Assembly (NCBI GenBank): GCA_016218585.1
Contig: JACRDK010000030.1
Coordinates: 24,277 to 88,276, forward strand
Direction: 5' to 3'
Length of the DNA stretch: 64,000 nucleotides
Source: Candidatus Doudnabacteria bacterium
GTDB taxonomy: Bacteria > Patescibacteriota > Doudnabacteria > UBA920
Part shown: positions 16,738 to 26,451 of the stretch, in pieces
Layout of the letters: every line of letters begins with the position of its first letter
Position numbering within the stretch: the first letter of the stretch is position 1
Notes under the pieces: generated by a model
Seen by the model: only the letters and a program-made list of their open reading frames with translations
Told to the model about the DNA's origin: nothing
Database searches by the model: none
Made by a program: the position numbers and the translations under genes

Positions 16738-17823
16738 ATGACTATTGGAATTGAAGCAGAGCGAGCCAATAATCCCTTTAAAACCGGCGTGGAGCATTAT
16801 GCCAAACAGTTAATTCTCCACTTAGCCGAGTTAGATAAGGAAAATAATTATATTCTGTATTTGCGCACCAGACCCGAAACCTGGTTTTTTGAGTTGCCTA
16901 AAAACTTTACGGTAAAAGTTTTGCCTTTTCCTCTGTTTTGGACGCAGCTCCGGCTGAGTTGGGAAATGTTTTGGCACCCCGTTGATGTATTATTTATTCC
17001 CGCTTCCGCTATGCCGTTAATCCATCCAAAAAATTCCATTACCACAATTCATGATTTAGCCTGGAAGTTTTACCCGGAAAGTTTTACCTGGTTTAATAGA
17101 AATTTTTTGGAATTTTCCACCAGATTTGCGGTTAAAACCGCCAAGAACATTATTGCCGTTTCTCAGAGCACAAAGAACGATCTGGTAAAATTTTATAAAA
17201 TTCCGCCTGAGAAGATAACCGTAGTTTTGCACGGTTATGAAGAAAGCAAACATCACGAAGTATTTAGCGGAGAAGGCGAGATAAAAAATTTGCCGGAAAA
17301 GTACGTTTTGTTTCTATCCACGCTGCAGCCGAGAAAAAATTTGGAAGGATTAATAGATGCCTTTGCGCTGCTTAAGCAGGAACACCCGGAATTGCCGCAC
17401 AAGCTGGTTGTGGTTGGGCGGCCGGGGTGGAAGTTTGAAAGCATTCTGGATAAAATTAACCGGCACAAAGATTTCGTCGTTTATTTAAATTATTTGTCGG
17501 ACAGTGATCGCCTGGAAGTTTTAGCTAAAGCGGAGATTTTGGTCCAGCCTTCTTTTTACGAGGGCTTTGGCATGCAGATACTGGAAGCTTTTTCTCTCCG
17601 TGTTCCTGTGGCAACATCTAATGTTTCAAGCATGCCGGAAGTTGCCGCCGAGGCCGCTATGTATTTTGATCCGCATAATCCAAAGGATATAAAAAATTCC
17701 CTGAAAATGATGTTGATGGATAAAAGCCTTCGGGATTCGCTGATTGCCAAAGGAAGCGAAAGGCTAAAAGGTTTTAGCTGGAGGAAATGCGCCCAGGAAA
17801 CCCTTGCTGTTTTAAAAAAATAA
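16738..17823 (+). CDS. Family 4 (GT-B) glycosyltransferase
   Basis: EGFGMQILEAFSLRVPVATSNVSSMPEV, a classic GT4 EX7E-region motif; about 360 aa. Confidence 0.85.
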   Translation: MTIGIEAERANNPFKTGVEHYAKQLILHLAELDKENNYILYLRTRPETWFFELPKNFTVKVLPFPLFWTQLRLSWEMFWHPVDVLFIPASAMPLIHPKNSITTIHDLAWKFYPESFTWFNRNFLEFSTRFAVKTAKNIIAVSQSTKNDLVKFYKIPPEKITVVLHGYEESKHHEVFSGEGEIKNLPEKYVLFLSTLQPRKNLEGLIDAFALLKQEHPELPHKLVVVGRPGWKFESILDKINRHKDFVVYLNYLSDSDRLEVLAKAEILVQPSFYEGFGMQILEAFSLRVPVATSNVSSMPEVAAEAAMYFDPHNPKDIKNSLKMMLMDKSLRDSLIAKGSERLKGFSWRKCAQETLAVLKK

Positions 17824-17834
17824 TTACATAAAAA

Positions 17835-19418
17835 ATGAACGAAGAATTTTTAAAAAGATTAAAAGCCTTGCCCAGGCTTAAGCTGTTAATAATTGTTTTT
17901 GTCGTGTGGCAGTATGTAAGTATTTTGGGAATGGCAATTCTAAATTGGTCTACGGCTTTAGTTTGGTTAAATTTGGGTTTGCTGTTAGCTTTTATTTTAC
18001 TTGCGCCAATTTATGAATCTTTGCTGCTGTTAGTTTTATCTATTCCTTTTTTTGTGGCAGTGCCTAACTCGAAATTTGACGCCCTGTCTATGTGGCGAAT
18101 TTTATATTTAGCCTTATTTGCGGTTTGGTTGGTGCGCGAGAAAAAATTAAAAATCCAGGGGATTATTTTTTTACCCTGGGACAAATATCTTGCCTGGTTT
18201 GCTTCGCTAGGCTTGGTGCTGGCTTTAATTTTTGGCAGCTTCCGCCTGGAAGCGGTAAAACAGGTTCTGTTTTGGCTGAATATTTATTTTTTGTATATCG
18301 TTTTAATTAATACCTTAAAAAGCAAACAGCAAATTTTTGAATTTATCCGCTACGCAATTTGGTCGCTGGCAATTATTGTGACCTTGGGGTTCACGCAGCT
18401 GTTCGGCACTTTTTTAACCAACCTAGATGTGTTTTGGGTGTATTGGGCGAATAATATTACCAAGCTATATTATGGCCAAAATTTTTCTTTAGTAGCTTTG
18501 TATTCTAATTCCTGGTTTTCTTATTATGGCGGCAGGGATTTAAGAATGTTCTCCATTATGCCGGACTCCCAGTCCTTCGCTTATATTTGTATTATTGCCC
18601 TGTGTATGGGAACCGCCTTAACCCGCAGCGTCTTTACGCATATTAAAAAATGGCTGTGGTCCGGCATTCGCTTTGCCGGGTTAGCCTTAATTCTTTCCGG
18701 CACCAGAGCCGTCTGGGTGGGGATGGCATTGCCATTTTTGGCTGTTGTTGCGGCTTATGCCAAAGGCATTCAAAAACACCTGGTAAAAAAATATATGTGG
18801 CCGTTTGCCATAATTTTCATCCTGTTTATTATTTCCCCATTTATTAACAAAGCTTTGGGATATTTGCGGGTTGAAAGATTTCAGGAAAATTTTCTGGAGC
18901 GCGCCCAAAGCATTTATAACATTAACGAAACTTCAAATCGCGGCAGAATTGAAATGTGGCAAAATAGTTCGCTGTTCTTTTTAACCCACCCCTGGGGTGT
19001 AGGCTTTAGTAATTTTATTGTGTCATTTAACGAAGTGCAGGATGGCCAAAATTATAACCAGGTCGGCGAAAAATTGAACACCGCTTATAATTTACCGGCT
19101 AAATATATTTCCGCGCATAGTTTGTATCTGCAAATTTTAGTGGAAACCGGAATTGTCGGGTTTTTAATTTTTGCCGCATTTTGGACTTCGGTATTGCAGT
19201 ATCTCTGGCGTTTTATACGCCATTATGAAAAGACTGAAGATTTTTTGGTGTATTTTGTGGCCCAGGCCTTCTTAATGGTGTTGTGGATTTTAGCTTCCGC
19301 AGTTTTTGACATAACTTTATTAAATGACAAAGTGTTAATGTATTTTTTAATTAACCTAGGGCTAGCCGGCTTAATTGTTAAACGCTATCAGGAATACAAA
19401 GAAGAAGGCGAAGTCTAA
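17835..19418 (+). CDS. O-antigen ligase / polymerase-like (Wzy_C-type) polytopic membrane protein
   Basis: 527 aa with about 10-12 TM helices and a large loop containing GTRAVWVGMALPFLAV, similar to the O-antigen ligase family. Confidence 0.6.
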   Translation: MNEEFLKRLKALPRLKLLIIVFVVWQYVSILGMAILNWSTALVWLNLGLLLAFILLAPIYESLLLLVLSIPFFVAVPNSKFDALSMWRILYLALFAVWLVREKKLKIQGIIFLPWDKYLAWFASLGLVLALIFGSFRLEAVKQVLFWLNIYFLYIVLINTLKSKQQIFEFIRYAIWSLAIIVTLGFTQLFGTFLTNLDVFWVYWANNITKLYYGQNFSLVALYSNSWFSYYGGRDLRMFSIMPDSQSFAYICIIALCMGTALTRSVFTHIKKWLWSGIRFAGLALILSGTRAVWVGMALPFLAVVAAYAKGIQKHLVKKYMWPFAIIFILFIISPFINKALGYLRVERFQENFLERAQSIYNINETSNRGRIEMWQNSSLFFLTHPWGVGFSNFIVSFNEVQDGQNYNQVGEKLNTAYNLPAKYISAHSLYLQILVETGIVGFLIFAAFWTSVLQYLWRFIRHYEKTEDFLVYFVAQAFLMVLWILASAVFDITLLNDKVLMYFLINLGLAGLIVKRYQEYKEEGEV

Positions 19419-19438
19419 TCTTTAATATCTATCAGAGA

Positions 19439-20425
19439 ATGCCAAAAGTTGTTATTGTTCAGGTAATATATAATACAAAGAAATTTATTGAGCCGGTGTT
19501 CGGCGCAATTTTTAACCAAACGCACAAAAATTTTGAAGTTGTGGCTGTAATTTCCGGCAACGATGACGGCGGTAAAGAATTGCTCATGCAAAAGTTTCCG
19601 CAGGTAAAGATAATCGATCCCGGCTATAATATAGGTTTTGCCAAGGGCCATAATTTGGTTTTTTCCCAATTTAGCGCGGACTTCTATCAGTTGGTAAATC
19701 CGGATTTTATTATGGAACCGGATTATGTTGAACAGATATTAAAAGTTTTTCAAGATGAAAAAATTGGAGCGGCAACCGGAAAACTGTACCAATTTAAAGA
19801 TTTAAGATTTAAGATTGAAGATTTTAGAAGCAATAAAATTTTAGACACAACTGGGGTCACTATTGGCAAATCAGGAAGAGCAAGGGATAGGGGGCAGCAC
19901 GAAGAAGACAGGGGGCAATATGATAAGAGTACAAATATACAAGCTGTCTCAGCGGCCGGCGCAATGTATCGCGCCTCCGCCCTACAAGCTACAAGCTACA
20001 AGCTACAAACTAGAGTAGAATTTTTTGACGAAGACTTCCATTCTTATTGGGAAGATGTGGATTTGGCCTGGCGGATGAGCAATGCCGGTTGGCAGTGCAA
20101 GTTTGCGCCCTTGGCTGTTGGTTATCATGGCAGGGGAGCAGGGTCTTCCAAAAACGGTTATATGGATGTTGCGGGGTTTGTTAAACACCACAAGACATTG
20201 TCGCCAAGGATCAGGCAGTTAAATTATCAAAACCACATTTTAATGTATGTAAAAAACAGTCCGTGGTTTTATCCGCAGTTTTTTGTCAGGGAATTTTTTA
20301 TGCTTGGCTATATTTTACTTTTTGAAATTAGCACATTAAAAGTTTTGCCGCAGATGCTCCGGCTGCTGCCAAGAATTTGGGAAAAAAGAAAGCTAATAAT
20401 TGATTCCACTCATTCACGGCCGTGA
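19439..20425 (+). CDS. Family 2 glycosyltransferase
   Basis: N-terminal VVIVQVIYNTKKFIEPVFGAIFNQTHKNFEVVAV and D..D motifs; contains an in-frame (tacaagc)x3 microsatellite at about 19983-20006. Confidence 0.8.
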   Translation: MPKVVIVQVIYNTKKFIEPVFGAIFNQTHKNFEVVAVISGNDDGGKELLMQKFPQVKIIDPGYNIGFAKGHNLVFSQFSADFYQLVNPDFIMEPDYVEQILKVFQDEKIGAATGKLYQFKDLRFKIEDFRSNKILDTTGVTIGKSGRARDRGQHEEDRGQYDKSTNIQAVSAAGAMYRASALQATSYKLQTRVEFFDEDFHSYWEDVDLAWRMSNAGWQCKFAPLAVGYHGRGAGSSKNGYMDVAGFVKHHKTLSPRIRQLNYQNHILMYVKNSPWFYPQFFVREFFMLGYILLFEISTLKVLPQMLRLLPRIWEKRKLIIDSTHSRP

Positions 20426-20436
20426 ATGAGTGGAAT
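20401..20436. repeat. 36-bp perfect palindrome gattccactcattcacgg/ccgtgaatgagtggaatc overlapping the stop codon of the GT2 gene
   Basis: Read directly; the reverse complement of the left arm equals the right arm; the TGA stop at 20423-20425 lies inside it. Confidence 0.7.
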
Positions 20437-20457
20437 CAGGGTTAAAAGTTATAAATT

Positions 20458-21363
20458 ATGGATTTATCAATTGTAATTTTATCTTATCGGTCAAAAAAAG
20501 ATTTAGAACGGCTTTTGCCTTCTGTTTTTGCATCGCAGACCAAATATTCATTTGAAGTTATTGTTGTTGATAACGGCTCAAACGACGGAACGTATGAGTG
20601 GGTGCAAGCATATAGCAACCAGCATCTAGCATATAGTATCAAGCTAATTCGAAATACAAACACGGGGTTTTCAGCGGGTAATAACTTAGGGATTAAGCAG
20701 GCTAGCGGAAAATACATTCTGTTGCTTAACCCGGATACTGAAATAGAGAGCAATACTTTTGAGGTTATGCTGGATTTTATGGAAAGCCATCCCGATGTTG
20801 GCATAAGCGGTTGTAAAGTATTAAAGCCTGACGGCAGTTTGGATTTAGCCTGCCGCAGAAAATTTCCAAATCCATGGAATAGTTTTAAAAGATTATTTTT
20901 ACTTTCCAATTCAGACTATAATTTAACCGGGAAAGATGTAAATCAAGAAATGGAAATTGATTCGGTAATGGGAGCATTTTTGTTAATTCGGAATTTTGGA
21001 AAATCAGAAAATCAGAGAGTTGGAGAGACGGACTTCCGACTTCCGAGTGGTGATTATCTAGATGAAGAGTTCTTTATGTATGGCGAGGATTTAGATTTAT
21101 GCTGGCGCTGCAAGGAGGCTGGCTGGAAAGTTTGGTATTATCCAAAAACTTCCATTACCCACTATAAGGGCTCGTCTTCCGCTAAAATTGCCTTTCGCGC
21201 CTTAAAGTGGTTTCATGACGCGATGTGGATTTTTTATCGCAAGCACTATAAAAATAAATATCCTTTTTTCTTCAATTGGCTGGTCTTTTTGGGGATTTAC
21301 GCAAGGCTTGGGGTGTTGTGGGCAATAAACTCTTTAAAAAGCAAACCGCGGGTAAGCAGCTAA
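20458..21363 (+). CDS. Family 2 glycosyltransferase
   Basis: LSIVILSYRSKKDLERLL...VIVVDNGSNDGT, a typical GT2 N-terminus; DxD. Confidence 0.85.
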   Translation: MDLSIVILSYRSKKDLERLLPSVFASQTKYSFEVIVVDNGSNDGTYEWVQAYSNQHLAYSIKLIRNTNTGFSAGNNLGIKQASGKYILLLNPDTEIESNTFEVMLDFMESHPDVGISGCKVLKPDGSLDLACRRKFPNPWNSFKRLFLLSNSDYNLTGKDVNQEMEIDSVMGAFLLIRNFGKSENQRVGETDFRLPSGDYLDEEFFMYGEDLDLCWRCKEAGWKVWYYPKTSITHYKGSSSAKIAFRALKWFHDAMWIFYRKHYKNKYPFFFNWLVFLGIYARLGVLWAINSLKSKPRVSS

Positions 21364-21421
21364 TTTCACATTTTAGGCAAAACTTTGTTATAATAATAGA
21401 ACTAAAAATTATCAAAATATA

Positions 21422-22693
21422 ATGGATTTACAAGAAAATCAAACAGAAGAAAAACAGCAGCTCGCAGGACATAAAGCGGCAGGGCTTGCTTTGCGCTGGT
21501 TAATTATTTTATTGGTTGTTTGCGGAGCGTACTTTTCCGGTTTTCAGAGCGGCAAAAAGGGTTTTAGCTTTGACCCAAAAGAATTTAAAGTTATTAATCA
21601 GAGCGAAGCTCCGGCCACGGTAGACTACAGTTTGCTATGGAAAGCGCTGGACGTGGTTCAGGCAAAATATATTGAAAAGAATTCCATAAATCAGCAGAAA
21701 GTTTTATATGGTGCAATTAAAGGGGCGGTGGAATCTTTGGGAGATCCTTACACAACTTTCTTTGAGCCAAAAACTTTGGAGAGTTTTAAAACAGACTTGA
21801 AAGGAAGTTTTGGCGGCATAGGCGCGGAGGTGGGGAAGAAAGATAACAATATTGTGATTGTCGCCCCGCTCGACGACACTCCGGCAAAAAAAGCCGGGCT
21901 GCAGGCTAAAGATATAATTGTTTCGGTGGATGGGCAGTCTACCGCTGACTGGTCGGTAGACCAGGCGGTAGATAAAATTCGCGGAGAAAAAGGCACGGCT
22001 GTTACCTTAAGCATTTATCGGCAAGGCAAAGACAAGCCTTTTGATGTAAAAATCGTCCGCGATATTATTGCGGTAAAAAGCGTAAAGCTTAGTTACAAAG
22101 AAACCGAAGTTAACGGGCAAAAGAAGACCGTGGCCGTTATTACCTTAAGCCGTTTTGGCGATGATACTTTAAATTTATTTACAAAAGCGGTCAATGAAAT
22201 TTTAAGCAAGAATGTCTCCGGCATTGTTTTGGATTTAAGAAATGATCCGGGCGGATATTTGCAAACCGCGGTAGACGTTGCTTCCAGCTGGTTAAATTCC
22301 GGCGACCTAGTGGTTTCCGAAGCTAAGAGCGACGGCACTTCCAACAAATACAATGCTGAAGGGAATAATCGGCTTAAAGGAATTAAAACTGTTGTCTTAA
22401 TTAATGGCGGTTCCGCCTCTGCCGCGGAAATTTTATCCGGCGCGCTCCACGACCATAATATTGCGAAACTTATTGGAGAAAAATCTTTTGGTAAGGGAAG
22501 CGTGCAGGAATTGGTGGACTTGCCCGGCGGCAGCGCTGTTAAGGTTACAGTGGCCAAGTGGATTACCCCAGGCGGCAAGAATTTGAACCATGACGGCTTA
22601 GAACCGGATATCCCGGTTAAACTTACGGACGAAGATTTTACCGCCGGCAAAGACCCGCAAATGGACAAAGCGGTGGAAGAGTTAAGTAAATAA
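21422..22693 (+). CDS. ctpA: Carboxyl-terminal processing protease (S41 family) with PDZ domain
   Basis: PDZ segment (GLQAKDIIVSVDGQS), catalytic region NGGSASAAEI...GKGSVQE, N-terminal TM anchor. Confidence 0.9.
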   Translation: MDLQENQTEEKQQLAGHKAAGLALRWLIILLVVCGAYFSGFQSGKKGFSFDPKEFKVINQSEAPATVDYSLLWKALDVVQAKYIEKNSINQQKVLYGAIKGAVESLGDPYTTFFEPKTLESFKTDLKGSFGGIGAEVGKKDNNIVIVAPLDDTPAKKAGLQAKDIIVSVDGQSTADWSVDQAVDKIRGEKGTAVTLSIYRQGKDKPFDVKIVRDIIAVKSVKLSYKETEVNGQKKTVAVITLSRFGDDTLNLFTKAVNEILSKNVSGIVLDLRNDPGGYLQTAVDVASSWLNSGDLVVSEAKSDGTSNKYNAEGNNRLKGIKTVVLINGGSASAAEILSGALHDHNIAKLIGEKSFGKGSVQELVDLPGGSAVKVTVAKWITPGGKNLNHDGLEPDIPVKLTDEDFTAGKDPQMDKAVEELSK

Positions 22694-22833
22694 ATTTCTA
22701 ATTACCTAATTTACCTAAGTGCTCTAAAAAAACCCAAAAGTTATGGCTAAGCACAGAAGTATGCCAGTATTGAGTATTAAATTATTAGATATTATTTAGG
22801 TTAATTAGAAATTAGAATAATTAGAAATTATCA

Positions 22834-24630
22834 ATGCCAAATATCACAGCGCAAGAATTAAGAAATAAATACCTTAATTTCTTCAAATCAAAAAACCATA
22901 CCATCATTCCTTCGGCGTCTTTGGTGCCAGAAAATGATTCCAGCGTGCTGTTTACAACCGCAGGAATGCATCCACTGGTTCCATATCTTTTAGGACAACA
23001 GCATCCGGGCGGAACCCGTGTAACCGACGTGCAAAAATGCATACGCACCGGCGACATTGAAGAAGTTGGCGACAACACCCATTTAACATTCTTTGAAATG
23101 TTGGGCAATTGGAGTTTTGGCGACTACTTTAAAAAAGAAGCGATTACCTGGAGCTTTGAATTTTTAACCGGCAAAGAAAATTTAAACATTCCGCTTGAAC
23201 GTTTGGCGGTATCAGTTTTTGCCGGAGACAATGATGCTCCGCGCGACGAAGAAGCCGCGGCAATTTGGAAATCTTTAGGCGTGGCGGAAGATCGCATTGC
23301 TTATTTGCCAAAAGCAGATAACTGGTGGATTGCCGGCACAACCGGACCATGCGGGCCGGATACAGAAATGTTTTATTGGATAGACGACGGGACTCCGGCG
23401 CCAAAAAATTTCCAGGAAACCAAGGAAGATAAGCGTTGGGTGGAAATCTGGAATGACGTGTTTATGCAATTTGAAAAGCATGAAGACGGCACGCTTACCC
23501 CTTTGCCAAAACCAAATGTGGATACCGGAATGGGCTTAGACAGAACTTTGGCAGTTTTAAACGGCCAAACCTCGGTTTATGACACTGAACTATTCAAACC
23601 AATGTTTGATGTTTTAGCGATGGACCAGGAAATAATGACTAATGACGAAGTTAAAAAAGCCAGAATTATTTTGGACCATATTCGCGCCGCGGTATTTATT
23701 GTGAGCGACGGAGTTGAGCCTTCAAATAAAGATCGCGGGTATGTTCTAAGAAGGCTTCTAAGGCGCGCGATGGTAATGGGCAGGCTTTTAAATTTAAAAC
23801 TCCACTGGCTTAAAGCTTTGGTTGGCCAGGTTATTTTTGCCTATGCTGAAAGTTATCCGGACCTAACCGCAAAGTCAGAACAAATTTTTGCAACAATTGA
23901 AGGTGAGCAAAAGAAGTTTGAAAGCACATTGGAAAAGGGATTAAAACAATTGGAGTCAAGAATCAAGAGTCAGGAATCAGGAATTAGTGGCACGGATGCC
24001 TTCGATTTGTATCAAACCTATGGTTTTCCGAAAGAGTTAACCAAAGAGCTGGCTGTTCAATCGGGGCAAGTTTTTGATGCGGAAAAAGAAAAAGAGTATG
24101 AAACGGAATTCAAAAAGCATCAGGAACTTTCCCGTACGGCTTCTGCCGGACAGTTTAAGGGCGGGCTAGCGAGCCACTCTGACAAGATTGTGCGCTTGCA
24201 TACCGCCACCCACTTAATGAACGCGGCTTTGAGAAAAGTTTTAGGAACAGACGTTTGGCAAAAGGGGAGTAACATTACCGAAGAGCGCACCAGGTTTGAT
24301 TTTACCCACAATCAGAAAATGACAGACGAAGAAAAGAAGCAAGTGGAAGATTTGGTTAATGGCTGGGTGCAGCGCGATTTAACCGTCAAAAAAGAAATTA
24401 TGCCTTACGAAGAAGCCCGCAAGCTTGAAGCCATTGGCGTGTTCGGAGAAAAGTATGCGGAAACCGTTTCTGTTTATACGGTGTTTGACCCCAATACAAA
24501 TGAAGTTGTTTCCCGCGAATTTTGCGGCGGTCCGCATGTTGAACATACCGGGGTAATCGGCAAATTTAAAATCCAAAAGGAAGAAGCTTCTTCCGCCGGG
24601 GTTCGAAGGATCAAAGCGGTGATAGAATAG
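22834..24630 (+). CDS. alaS: Alanine--tRNA ligase, short form lacking the C-terminal C-Ala domain
   Basis: N-terminal class II core FFKSKNHTIIPSASLVP...FTTAGMHPLVPY, WSFGDYFK, editing-domain HTATHLMNAAL and CGGPHVEHTG motifs; ends ...GVRRIKAVIE. Confidence 0.9.
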   Translation: MPNITAQELRNKYLNFFKSKNHTIIPSASLVPENDSSVLFTTAGMHPLVPYLLGQQHPGGTRVTDVQKCIRTGDIEEVGDNTHLTFFEMLGNWSFGDYFKKEAITWSFEFLTGKENLNIPLERLAVSVFAGDNDAPRDEEAAAIWKSLGVAEDRIAYLPKADNWWIAGTTGPCGPDTEMFYWIDDGTPAPKNFQETKEDKRWVEIWNDVFMQFEKHEDGTLTPLPKPNVDTGMGLDRTLAVLNGQTSVYDTELFKPMFDVLAMDQEIMTNDEVKKARIILDHIRAAVFIVSDGVEPSNKDRGYVLRRLLRRAMVMGRLLNLKLHWLKALVGQVIFAYAESYPDLTAKSEQIFATIEGEQKKFESTLEKGLKQLESRIKSQESGISGTDAFDLYQTYGFPKELTKELAVQSGQVFDAEKEKEYETEFKKHQELSRTASAGQFKGGLASHSDKIVRLHTATHLMNAALRKVLGTDVWQKGSNITEERTRFDFTHNQKMTDEEKKQVEDLVNGWVQRDLTVKKEIMPYEEARKLEAIGVFGEKYAETVSVYTVFDPNTNEVVSREFCGGPHVEHTGVIGKFKIQKEEASSAGVRRIKAVIE

Positions 24631-24677
24631 CTTCTAGTTAGTTGGGGGTAGTTTGTAGTTAGTAGAAGGGAGCCAAA

Positions 24678-25043
24678 ATGCAAATCAAAAGTTATAAAGA
24701 CTTAATTGTCTGGCAAAAATCAATGGATTTGGTAGTGGATATATATAAAATTTCTGAAAAGTTTCCTAAGGAAGAACTGTATGGGCTTACTTCGCAAATT
24801 CGAAGATGTGCAGTTTCAATCCCGTCAAATATCGCCGAAGGAAACAGAAGAGGTAGTAAAAAAGATTTTAGTCATTTCTTAACAGTTTCGTTTGGTTCGG
24901 GGTCTGAACTAGAAACGCAGATAGAAATTGTAAAGCGTTTACCATTTGGAAGTAATCTAGATTTTACAAAGATTGACGCATTATTATTAGAAATAATGAA
25001 AATGCTAAATAAGTTAATTGCAAGCCTACAACCTACTAACTAA
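24678..25043 (+). CDS. Four-helix-bundle protein of the 23S-rRNA intervening-sequence (TIGR02436-like) family, flanked by imperfect inverted repeats
   Basis: YKDLIVWQKSMDLVVDIYKISEKFPKEELYGLTSQIRRCAVSIPSNIAEG matches the four-helix-bundle family. The left flank gtagtttgtagttagtag (about 24646-24664) is inverted relative to the right flank ctactaactaattactac (about 25033-25052). Confidence 0.8.
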   Translation: MQIKSYKDLIVWQKSMDLVVDIYKISEKFPKEELYGLTSQIRRCAVSIPSNIAEGNRRGSKKDFSHFLTVSFGSGSELETQIEIVKRLPFGSNLDFTKIDALLLEIMKMLNKLIASLQPTN

Positions 25044-25060
25044 TTACTACAACCTAGCAA

Positions 25061-26293
25061 ATGAAACTTGAATTTTACAATTGCCCTAAGCCGGAAGAAA
25101 TGCCATCGGTTGGCAACCTCTCCCCATCCCTCTCCCTGCCTACCGGGCAGGCAGGCTCAAAAGGAGAGGGGGCTTTGGTACTGCCGGAGGCTCCGGAGTT
25201 TGTTAAGTATGTTCCGGATTTTGCGCAAATGGAAAAATTGGCGCAGGAATATAAAGACATAAAAAATATTTTAGTCATTGGCCATGGCGGGAGTATTACC
25301 AGTTTTTACGGAATTTATGGGGCGCTAAAAGAGTATGCTACCAAGAAAGCTTATTTTTTAAGCACCGTAGACGCGGATTATATTTATGAGCTTAAAAAAA
25401 CTTTAAGCCCGCAGGATACTTTGGTTATTGCCATTAGCAAGTCCGGCGAGACAATGACGCAAATAGAAATGCTTGCGCAGTTTTTGGAATTTCCGCTTCT
25501 GTTTATTACCGGCAAAAGCAGCCCGCTCCGCGCTATGGCGGATAAATTAAAAGCAAAAATTATAATGCATCCGCCAATCGGCGGACGCTATACTGCCATG
25601 ACAGAGGTTGGCTTGCTTCCCGCGGCGATTGTTGGCCTAGACGTAAAGAATTTGTACGAAGGCGCGAAGCTGTTTTATTATCGCTACGACAAAGATAATT
25701 TGGCTTTTAAAGCAGCCTCTGTATTATATAAGCTGGAAGCGCAAGGTTATGTAGATGTCTTTATGCCTTTTTATACTTCTAGGGTTTTTCCGCTTAGCAA
25801 TGTAATTGTCCAGCTGTGCCATGAAAGCTTTGGCAAGAACGGCAAAGGCCAAACTTATTTTGCCCACGAAGCCCCGGAAAGCCAGCATCATACTAACCAA
25901 AGGTTTTTTGGCGGCATAAAAAATATTTGCGGTTTCTTTACTTCTGTGGATAATTTTGACCACAAATTGGTCTCCGTATTTCCGCCTCAGCTGCATAGCG
26001 TACAGTTAAAAGGCCATGCGCTTTTTGACGTAAATAAAATTCCTCTCCAGGCGGCAATGGAGTATGAATTGCTCGGCACAATGGAAGACGCCCGCATTCA
26101 GGGCATTCCAATGCTTCATATGTCGCTTGCCTCGGTTACCCCGTTTGAAATTGGCGGACTTCTGGCTTTTTGGCAGCTTTATGCGGTTTATGCGTCAGTT
26201 TTGCGCGGCGTTGACCCTTTTGACCAGCCTCAAGTGGAAAGCAGTAAAAAAATTAGCTTTAATAAGAGGTTGGCTTTTAAAGGGTTGCTATAA
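25061..26293 (+). CDS. pgi: Glucose-6-phosphate isomerase, short (about 410 aa) form
   Basis: ILVIGHGGSITSF (GxGGS region) and C-terminal VDPFDQPQVESSKK (the PGI FDQxGVE signature). The N-terminal 45 aa is non-conserved and partly GC-rich. Confidence 0.8.
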   Translation: MKLEFYNCPKPEEMPSVGNLSPSLSLPTGQAGSKGEGALVLPEAPEFVKYVPDFAQMEKLAQEYKDIKNILVIGHGGSITSFYGIYGALKEYATKKAYFLSTVDADYIYELKKTLSPQDTLVIAISKSGETMTQIEMLAQFLEFPLLFITGKSSPLRAMADKLKAKIIMHPPIGGRYTAMTEVGLLPAAIVGLDVKNLYEGAKLFYYRYDKDNLAFKAASVLYKLEAQGYVDVFMPFYTSRVFPLSNVIVQLCHESFGKNGKGQTYFAHEAPESQHHTNQRFFGGIKNICGFFTSVDNFDHKLVSVFPPQLHSVQLKGHALFDVNKIPLQAAMEYELLGTMEDARIQGIPMLHMSLASVTPFEIGGLLAFWQLYAVYASVLRGVDPFDQPQVESSKKISFNKRLAFKGLL

Positions 26294-26451
26294 TTCAAAC
26301 TTTTTGTTTTGATTTAAGACTGTTTTGGAAATTGGGTCTTAGAAATTGTTTAGGTAAATTAGAAATTAGCATAATTTGGTTAATTTAATAGTAGGTTGAT
26401 AAATATCACTTTTTGGCTTAGAATGCCATTGTAACAGTCTATCGTTATTTA

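Noticed and set aside
22694-22833. T-box riboswitch upstream of alaS
   Set aside because: The leader is only about 140 nt and lacks a recognisable T-box sequence (AATTAGGGTGGNACCGCG) or specifier/antiterminator architecture.
25061-25230. Whether the GC-rich, hairpin-containing 5' part of pgi (ccctctcc...ggagaggg with inner ctgcc...ggcagg stem) is non-coding and pgi starts later at MEKLAQ
   Set aside because: Short-form PGIs have about 70 residues before the GxGGS region, which is what the long ORF gives. A start at M57 would leave only 13 residues. It is kept as coding, though the N-terminus is not conserved.
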